A DNA stretch of 64,000 bases from Kudoa neothunni (taxonomy: Eukaryota; Animalia; Cnidaria): the NCBI GenBank assembly GCA_964304625.1, contig OZ199840.1, positions 3,275,189 through 3,339,188 on the forward strand, read 5' to 3'. The notes under the pieces are model-generated. The model was not told where the DNA came from. It did no database searches and saw nothing but the letters and a program-made list of their open reading frames with translations. Position numbers and translations under genes: made by a program. The stretch's first letter is position 1. Each line of letters opens with the position of its first letter. This document shows positions 55,083 to 64,000 of the stretch, piece by piece.

Positions 55083-57168
55083 CCTTATGCAATTATTACT
55101 TCTGAAATAAAATATTTTATTATTTTTATAATTTATTAGTAAACTTATTTATTGATAACTTTCTTTTTATAGCGTAGGCATAGATCTAATAATTATATCA
55201 TTAGGATATTTTCCATTAAATTAGAAATGTTTTTTAAAATATTTTAAGCTAAGTTTATATTTTGAATATGCACAATTACTTCTTTTAAAGGCCAGTAGTG
55301 CTATAATGAAAGTTTAATTTTATCAAATTATAAAAAATAAATTCTAATTATATGTCGTCTTAACGATAACTAGCGCAAAAGCCCCGATTCGTGATGGCTT
55401 CCTCGCCCAATCAAAAAGGCTTTAGTCTGGTCCAGGTTTTAGCCTATTTGATTTCTAAGTAAATAGCGCGGATGCCCATTTGAGTCTGGTACAGTGTGAG
55501 GGAAAATTTTAACTTTTAATTTTATTTTTAAAGGAGAAATTTTACGGGTGAGTTAATTTAATCTGCACTTTAAACCCTGTAAATTTTATTTTTCTATTTT
55601 AATTTATGCATTTTAGAGCTTGTCATTATTTTTACAATATGATGATTTAGATAAACGAAATTATGCGCACACTTTCTGTTCAAATATAAATAGAGGTATG
55701 GAGAGAAATTAATGGGTAATTTTAACTGTATTTTACAATTGACCAAAACTATGATGAACTTAATTTAAGAGAAATGTAATTAGCGATTAAAGTTCAGCTA
55801 TTTATGAAATAAAATCATTAAGTAATTTAAATAGGACTTTGAGTTATTTTAAAAATTTTGCGATAAAAATTAATCTGTCTAATTATAAAATTTACTATTA
55901 GTCTACAAACGATAAAAAAATAAAATCAACCTAAGGTGCGTCAGAAACAAAAATATTAATTGTTACTCCTTTTTCGCAATTTTATAATGATGCCAATGAT
56001 TTTTTAAAAGCTGTGAGCGGTAACTTACGTGTTCACTATTGTAATAAAATTTCACGATGTATAAATAAATCCAACCTTGCTTTTTATCAAGAATATTTAC
56101 TGGTTCAAAAATATACGCATTTAATTAACAAAATACGATTAAATCAAAAATGTAAAGGTGTTTTTGGTTTGAAAAATTACAATAATGCTTAAATATTAAC
56201 TGGTTTTTTGAAGGAGGGCACCCTTTTAAAAATCAACGTATTGTTTGATTGTCCCAAAAACATTTCTTCATATTGAACTATTTCAGATTAACGAAAATTT
56301 CGTGAAAATATCGGTTAGATCGAATAGATCAATAATTTCTTATTAACTTACATGGCACGTATTGGAGGGGACTGTATTTTGTGCAAAAGTAATCGTGAAT
56401 ATTAATTCTTAAACTACGTATATAATGAGATGTCGCATATTTTCATCCAACTTTTATATCATAATGAATTATTTTTAGCGATAAGAAAATTATTTATTGA
56501 CTTGAATATTAACCATAAGGTCTGGGGCAAGGAATAATTAGGTTACTAAGAATTTAAACATTATTTAAAAAATTATCTCATCTATTATAAACTTATCGAA
56601 TTAGTTATGCCAGTTTTTTTGCACGAAAGTTTAGGAAAACCAAAAAATTAGTAAATACTTATCGAAAGACATATATAGTTTCAATCTCAATCGATATATT
56701 TGATAAAAAGAAATTTTCACATCTCAAGAATTCCAATGGAGCATAATTTTCTTTGAGAAGTTATCACAAAAATTTAATTATTTGAAAACTCTACTCACTT
56801 CTTACATCGTTTTTAGAATGCGTATAGAGACCCAAATTATTCCAACATAGAAACAATTTTAATCTCGAATTATGTGTTTTATTTAAAATGATCATAAGTC
56901 TTTTTGCTTAAAATGTTTCTTTAGTGTTTGAAAAATGAATCTGTATCTAAAATAATTAGGTTATGACATAAACTTTAAAGAAAATGCCACATCTCTTGTA
57001 AATCTGATGTTAATAGTTTTATTTGTCTTGAAATTACTCCGAACAGGCATAAGTAAAATTTTTAGAATATTCTATACCACAATTAAGAAATTCTTTTTCT
57101 ATATAATGAGTAAAAATCTATTTTAATTCGGCTATCACTCCGAAGTAAACCAATATCAATATTATGCA

Positions 57169-59229
57169 CAGTGTTGCCAACGATGTCCGATTTTTCTCTC
57201 ACGCTTAATTTTGAAATGGCCGGCGCATCAAAAAACATTATAATAAAACCAGCCATTTGTCGTGCATTTAAATAAAAATGGAAAACTAATAGATCTTGGC
57301 TTCAGTACGAGAAATCTTCAAATAGATGTTTTCGTAGTTGGTATAATACTTCATTTCAGCTTAAAGTATCAGCAGTTGAAGATCATGAAAGTTATAAATA
57401 TTAACAACAACAATAATTATATTTCTGCTTTAGATTCTAAGAGATTTATCAATATTAAATCTAGAATGAACTCACCAAAAATATATGAAAACAAACATGT
57501 TTTCAGATCAAAAACATCTGTTAATACCAAAATATCAGAAATACGATTTTCGGCATCAATTGCCATACATACTCCTATTGTAGCTGCGGACCATTTAGGA
57601 ATTATTATGAAGCAGGTTATGTGTACAAATACAGACTTCAAATCTTGAAAAGGACTTTAATGTTCATCGCACCAAATGTTCTGCTATCATCAATAATATA
57701 TATGAACTAATTTTTACATATTTTATTTTTATTTAAGGTAACATCAAAATCAATCAAGATGAAATTGAAATATGACTTAGAGGTTCAACCATTTTCAATT
57801 TTAATTGATGAATGGCCAGACAAATATAAAACCTCACTTGGGCATAGTCGTTTTATTCTATTCTTCTGTGAAGAAAACAGTTGTAACTCGACTGCTTAAA
57901 ATTAAGGAAATTGAAAGAACAGGCGCAGAAACTATTTTTAACAGCCTTGATAGCTCGATTGCATCATTTGGACTAAACTACAAGAATTTAATAGGATATG
58001 GATCTGATGGAGTTTCTGTTATGACCGGGATAAATAATAGTGTTTGGACTCGAATACTTAACAAAAATCCAAATGTAACTTGGTTTACTTGTATATGCCA
58101 TTCGCTCAACAAAGCTGCTGAAGAAGCGTTTTCTGAACTTCCACTAAACATAAGTGGTATTTTGAAAACTTTGTTGAGTCCTCCGTTTCAGATAACCTTG
58201 ATGACGTAAATCCTCCCTTTAAAATGTACACTCAAATAAGATGGCTTTGTAGAAGTGAAATAATTGAGCGCCTGATCAATAATTGGGACATTTTTGTTCA
58301 ATATTTTACAAGTATCTTACCCGAACTTAAAGCTAATCAAAAATATCAAGCACAAGTTATCCTTGACCCCCGAAAAAATACTGAGTATAAGAAGCTGTTC
58401 ATTTTTGTCTCCCATTATAAAACTACTGGAGGAAAAAAATAAGCCATTTCAGATGAAATTTATTGATCCATATATTGCAACTGAATAAGTTAATTTATTG
58501 GTGAAATCTTTCAATTCTAGATTGTATTATCATTTGAAACAGTCAAAACACTTAAATGAAATCGATTATGGCTTTAAATTCATAGAATTAATTCCACAAT
58601 TGGATACTAAAATCTTGGCAAAGAGATGTCTTGAAAAAATATAGTGAATTAAGCGCTAGGGTTTTTAATTCATACGAGCATATCAAAAAAGTTATTTTTT
58701 TAAAACCAACCTACATATTAAATCCAAACATTAAACCTCAATTTCATATGTTTCCAGATAATTCATTTAAGAACGAATTTGCTGATCAAGAATACAGACT
58801 AATTAACGAAGTTAATTGGAATCAATTTCTAGGGTGCGATGACGTTACAAAGTTGAGTTCACTCGAATTTTGGAGTAAAGTTTCTGAACATAGTGACTTT
58901 AATTCAATTGGAAAATATTGCATTTCATTTATTTTACTTCCCCTAAGCAACGCTTTCACAGAGAGAATATTTCCGTCTGCTGGAGCTATCAAGATTATCA
59001 GGAGAAATAAAATGTTGTGTTCGACACTGGATAGCCTGGTCCGAATAAGAGAATTCTTCAATACATCAACTCACTGTTGCCATAATTTGATGTTACTGAA
59101 ACAATGTTAAATTTGCATAACATTAATATGTATAATTAGATATTTTTTGGTTTATTGATAAATTGTTCCATTTGCCCGAATTTCCTGGCAAAAATTTTGC
59201 CGAATGTCCGATTAGGGTTGGCAGCGCTA
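57169..59229 (+). mobile_element. Decayed hAT transposon
   Basis: TIR CAGTGTTGCCAAC...GTTGGCAGCGCTA; fragments LIGYGSDGVSVMTG, CICHSLN, IRWLCR, LLPLSNAFTERIF (hAT dimerisation domain). No clear 8-bp TSD. Confidence 0.92.
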
Positions 59230-60174
59230 ATTTCTTCCATATTTAAATATCTTGGGAAATACGACACTGCGTGATTAGAATGATTTTAAAGTTGAGCAGA
59301 TGATATTTCATCAGGCCTATTCAAGGTAGCTTCCATCAATTCATCTGTACCTGTGGGCGTTTTTCTTTGGATAATCGATTTTACGGTATTGGTGTAGTAC
59401 ACGGTTACGAAAATTCGACCTCATAGCGTTCTCATTTTTTACGATTTTGTTACAGATCGTTATTATTAGATTTTGAAAATGGTGGAGCGAAAAATTCTTT
59501 TTAAATTTACAATTCTACAATTTGTTAAAAATTCGACCTTAATCCTCATTATGTTAGTGTAAGCAAAATTATGTCAACGATCGGTTTTTTAATTAGTTGT
59601 TTTTAATTAATTTAATAGTTCGTTTGGATTATTTTAAAAATTTAATGTATTTAATAATTTTTTCATGTCATTTTGAGTTGCACTGAATCATCCTCTCTAC
59701 ATCTTAACTTAAGTGAATTTGAAGTATGAAGAAAGCTTACAATATCAGATGAAAGTCATCTATAATATTTTTACTAAATAATCACCATTTATGAATAATT
59801 TTTAATTTATAAATTTTTTATGACATTTTTATTTCCTATTTCTGAAGCTATTGAATTATTTTTGCTGAAAGATTCGTTGGAGTTTTTGTAATCAAAATAT
59901 GTTTCATCATTTATTGTTTTATTTTGTAGATTATTATTAGAAAAATATCTTAGGCCAAAATTTACATTATTTTGCCGTGCAAAACCTATTCAAGGTCGTG
60001 AATTCAATGTTCATTATATTTCTTATGTTTTAGTTTATTCTTAGTATGTAACCTTATTCATTCAATGCGTGATATTTGTTTAAAAATAATATAATCCTTT
60101 AAAAATCATGTAGCTTTAAAATTTTTACTTTATTTAGATTTTTTCCGTAATTATAAATGTAACCGTTGTATTAA

Positions 60175-62560
60175 CTCTTAAACACACCTCCTGGAGGTCC
60201 CGTAAACATTAACCCTGGGCTCTTGGAGCTCAGGGATTAGCTTACGTCGGACACAGTATTAAATTTTATCTTAAATTAACTCTTCTACTACTAGTAGGTC
60301 TCATTATATATGATATATAAACAGAAATAGAATATTTAAACGTAGTAAGATAAACTATACCATTTTACATAACAACAAAAAATATTATATTGTTTCCTAT
60401 TATTAAAATGTATTTATTCGGTGTCAGCTTAAATTTATTTGTATTTTAATCAACATTCGTATTATGTTAGTTAGCAAAATTAATAATTATTTATTTTAAA
60501 TTCATTTCTACTATATGTTCCAACCGTTATAAACTTCACATAGCGTTCAATAAAAAACCATAGGCAACAGATATGTTTAAATTATTTTTGTTGTGGGTCA
60601 CAGTTTAAACAAATAATGTTTTTTTTTGAATGTTCATTACAAACACTTCGATCACATAAGTGACGGACTTGCTTGTTTCTACTACAATACTGATAGGAGG
60701 ACACAAACGACATCGCTTTCTTTGATTATTTTCTTGGTTTTCTACTGGAGGATCAGTTTCTTTGTTAAATTCGAAACCAACTGTCTCCATTATTCTTTTA
60801 ACAGCAGGCTGGTATGAAACAAATGAAATTTTATATCTCCATTCCTGTTCGGGCTTAATAAATGATATGGACAAATCCATGAGAAATTGTTGGTAACGAT
60901 TTGACTTGTTTGTGTCACAATAATCGGGATTGCCATGAATAAAGACAACAAATGCATTGAACGCAGCTATACCAAATATTTGACAAAATACTGCAAACGG
61001 CAGTCGTCTACATTTTCATTTACATGTGTACATGGAAACGCATTGATCCAAAGTGTCAACGTCACATTTCTATACATTATAATCCAAAATTGCTGTTTTT
61101 TTAATAAGGTACTCCCAACTAACGCTTGGGGTACGATGCTCCGAAGAAAGAATTATTACAGCCTTGTTTTTCCTCGGTACGTATGAAATTAGGGTAAATG
61201 ACTTATAGAAACCAAATAATGACGAAAATATCTTTCGAGAGTTGGTTGGTTGAAATTCAAGTGGAATAATTGTTCGACATTTGCGTACCGTGCCAAGAAT
61301 GGACGTTTTTCTTTCTCGTAGATATAGAGCTAGCTTCTGGGAATTGAAATGATTATCACATGTAACAGTTCTTCCCGAGTCCAAAAAATGTTGAGTCAAG
61401 TCAATGACAACTTTAAAACTCAGATTTGTTTCACGGCAATCATAAATTTTACCCATGTAAGGTAAAACATTGAATAAGTAACGTATTTGACTATCACATA
61501 CCATCCAAAATTTTAACCCATATTTGGAAGATTTTTTTGGAATATAAACAAGAAATGATACACACACTCGGAACGGATATAGTTGTTCATCTACGGGAAA
61601 ATTAGGTCAAAAAATGTAACTGTTACTACAGATTTCAGAACAATTTCCAAACAGTTTATGGATGGGGAAAAATTTAGCACCTGAACTTGAGAACTTTTTA
61701 AGCTTCCAATATTCATCAAAGCGTAAGCAATTCAAGATTTTTTGAAATCTCATTCACTCATCATGGCGCGAAATAATTGTCTTCCGTGAAGTTCATGCCT
61801 GAGAACCCTGGTACTCTCTAGGTTTGATTTATTGACACCAGCCAATAACAACAATTCTAAGATAGCTTTTAATTTGATGCAATCTAGGCGTTTCCACGAA
61901 TCATTATATTTTTCAAGACCTTTACGGTTTATGAACGATAAAATTTCTTCGAGCATTTCCTCTTATAAGATGCGAAAATGAGCTCGATATAGTTGTTGTG
62001 TCCAATGTTTCAATAGGTTTTCCATCCTCTAGGTCATTATCGATAATATTTTGGTTGGCAGTTCGTCCAGGTATGGATTTTGGAGACCAGACTAAAGATT
62101 CGTCTTTTGAAATATAAGAAATGGAACCTGTATTATATTAATCCATTAGGGTGCATTCGTTTGTAGTATCAATATCATCTATAAATAGAAATATAATGCA
62201 AAATCCTTCAAAATTGAAATCACTCAATAATTTAGCATTACATAATTTAGGTTCTTATTCAATCAGCAATAACTTTTCCGTTTCACCTGAGAATATACTT
62301 TCTGCGTTAGATCAAGCCATTATTGCTCGACAATACAATGTGGTGGGAAAATCCTGTTAATATTTGCGATAAAAAGGGCCGGATTTGTTATTTGTTTACT
62401 TAATAATAAGCTTGCATGTATCTCAAACAGCTTAATATGCTGGGAAACAATTTTTTACGACTTGATGTGAAATCCGAGGTAAAAATGATTAAAATTGATG
62501 AATTTAAAGCGAGTTTTATTTGGAAGTGGGCTCTTGGAGCCCAGAGATAATGTTTAAGGG
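60175..62560 (-). mobile_element. Full-length decayed piggyBac (PGBD4-like) transposon
   Basis: TTAA TSD at 60171-60174 and 62561-62564; TIR C(T/C)CTTAAACA; subterminal CTGGGCTC-type palindromes; KYGLKFWMVCDS, VTCDNHFNS and LGTVRKCR fragments. Confidence 0.95.
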
Positions 62561-62859
62561 TTAATTTTGATTTATTAGTCATTTTCTCATAATAAATTTA
62601 AGTAAATCATTATTTGCATTAAGGTAAATTCATTATTTCAATATATAAATTAATTAACTTCATTGCTAACATTTTCTTAAATTTATTACGCGAATATAAA
62701 CATTGTTCAATAATTTCAATAATATTCATTCATGTTTTCAAAAAGATTGTGTAATAGTTGGAACTTATTTCCATGTATTGAACGAAGCCATTCTTACTGT
62801 AAATAGCTCTCAAATTTGGTATCACTTACTCCTCTTTTGATTCTCCATATTTTAAGTTT

Positions 62860-63936
62860 CAACTGACCCCCACAGGATTCTATTGTATTTGAGTGCTTAC
62901 CGTTAATGCAGTAACCTAATGAATGATTAATAGTAACATGAGTGTAACTCAATTCATTCAATTTTTGATAGGCTTTCCATTTGTAACTGTAGATCGTAGT
63001 AACCTTGATAACTTCGTTTTAAATTATAGGAAGTAATGTTTCCTTATTCCTTCTTTCAACCTTAAAATATCTGGCCAACTTAAGTTGCTTTTTTTCCGTG
63101 GCCATCGACAGAGCATAAGCGTAGGCCAAAGACCCGCTGACCATCAATCCTATCACCGTATTTTTCGTGACACAAACAAAGGGTTAATTAATTTTTAGAA
63201 GGTAAGATTAAAAACATATATACATATGTCCTCCTCGGATAATTCTTCATCATTTGATTGATATTCATTAGTACTGCTATTTATATAAAAATAATCTAGT
63301 TAACCTTTTCGCATGTAATACTCGATACATCGGAGTTATGAGACAAGATTTCCTTATTTACAGAATACTTCCATTGTCTCCTTTAGGATATCTGTCTCTG
63401 TTATTTTTTCGCTTCCAATGAAGCAAGTTTTCGTCGATTTCGACTTCAAATCCTTCTCAGTCAAACGGTCTCCTATCCTTAAAGGCGCTCGAACAAATAT
63501 ATCGTACATTTTTAAACCAGTTTATCCCCGTAACTTTGGATATATGTACCAATGATCATGTGGAATCTATTGTATTATTCATACAACATTAATAAATTAC
63601 CTTATTATCTGTTTTACGGTTATTTTATAACTTTTTTCGGCACCTCCCAAAAGAAAATATCTTTAAGGGGTGAGACATTGGTTTTACAGCTATTATTTAT
63701 TTAAAAAGTATAAAATTGAATTATTTTATTACTTTCTACATACATAAATAGTCCTCTTTAATAGTGGTTTCTTTCCTATTATTTCTTCTGGAAACATAGA
63801 ACGAATTGTGACATCTACAATTTCTACATCTCGTTGGAATTCTATTTATGAGTTTTTTCGAACAAAGAAAATCGAACAGAAGATCGCTATTATTAATTAA
63901 CACAAAAAACTGATCGTCACTGTCAACATTAACCAC
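62860..63936 (-). mobile_element. Merlin/IS1595 (ISXO2-like) transposase remnant
   Basis: N-terminal CRNCRC zinc-ribbon region, EVEIDEN...KRKNNR (compare VEIDESKFGKRKYNRG) and NTIES; disrupted, boundaries approximate. Confidence 0.7.
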
Positions 63937-64000
63937 TGTGAATATATACGATTTAAAAAGCTCTCACTACACTCCAACTTTATCTCAAACAATGAAATAC

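Overview
Very AT-rich eukaryotic DNA with a compact, animal-like gene set. Genes are intron-dense with tiny introns (mostly about 35-55 nt, the shortest 22 nt) and are separated by decayed DNA transposons (piggyBac, Tc1/IS630-like, pogo/Tigger, hAT, Merlin). Taxonomy is inference only: a reduced metazoan parasite such as a myxozoan would fit. Recognisable genes are methylmalonyl-CoA mutase, a secreted single-domain thioredoxin/PDI-like protein, an ankyrin (SOWAH-like) protein, ABI (SH3), nicotinamidase, complex III subunit QCR9, ABCD4, a thioredoxin-PUB-PNGase fusion with substituted catalytic residues, and a secreted 5-Kunitz protein. The most notable signal is a pair of paralogous ~820-aa type-I surface proteins 11,940 bp apart, each built from seven 4-Cys FN3-like modules. 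Their introns and membrane-proximal parts are almost identical, while short patches in the four distal modules are highly divergent, which is a candidate variant-surface-antigen family shaped by gene conversion. The second signal is extreme microexons (3, 3 and 6 nt, possibly also 2 nt) that are needed to rebuild conserved protein motifs. All gene models were spliced by hand and none was checked against databases.
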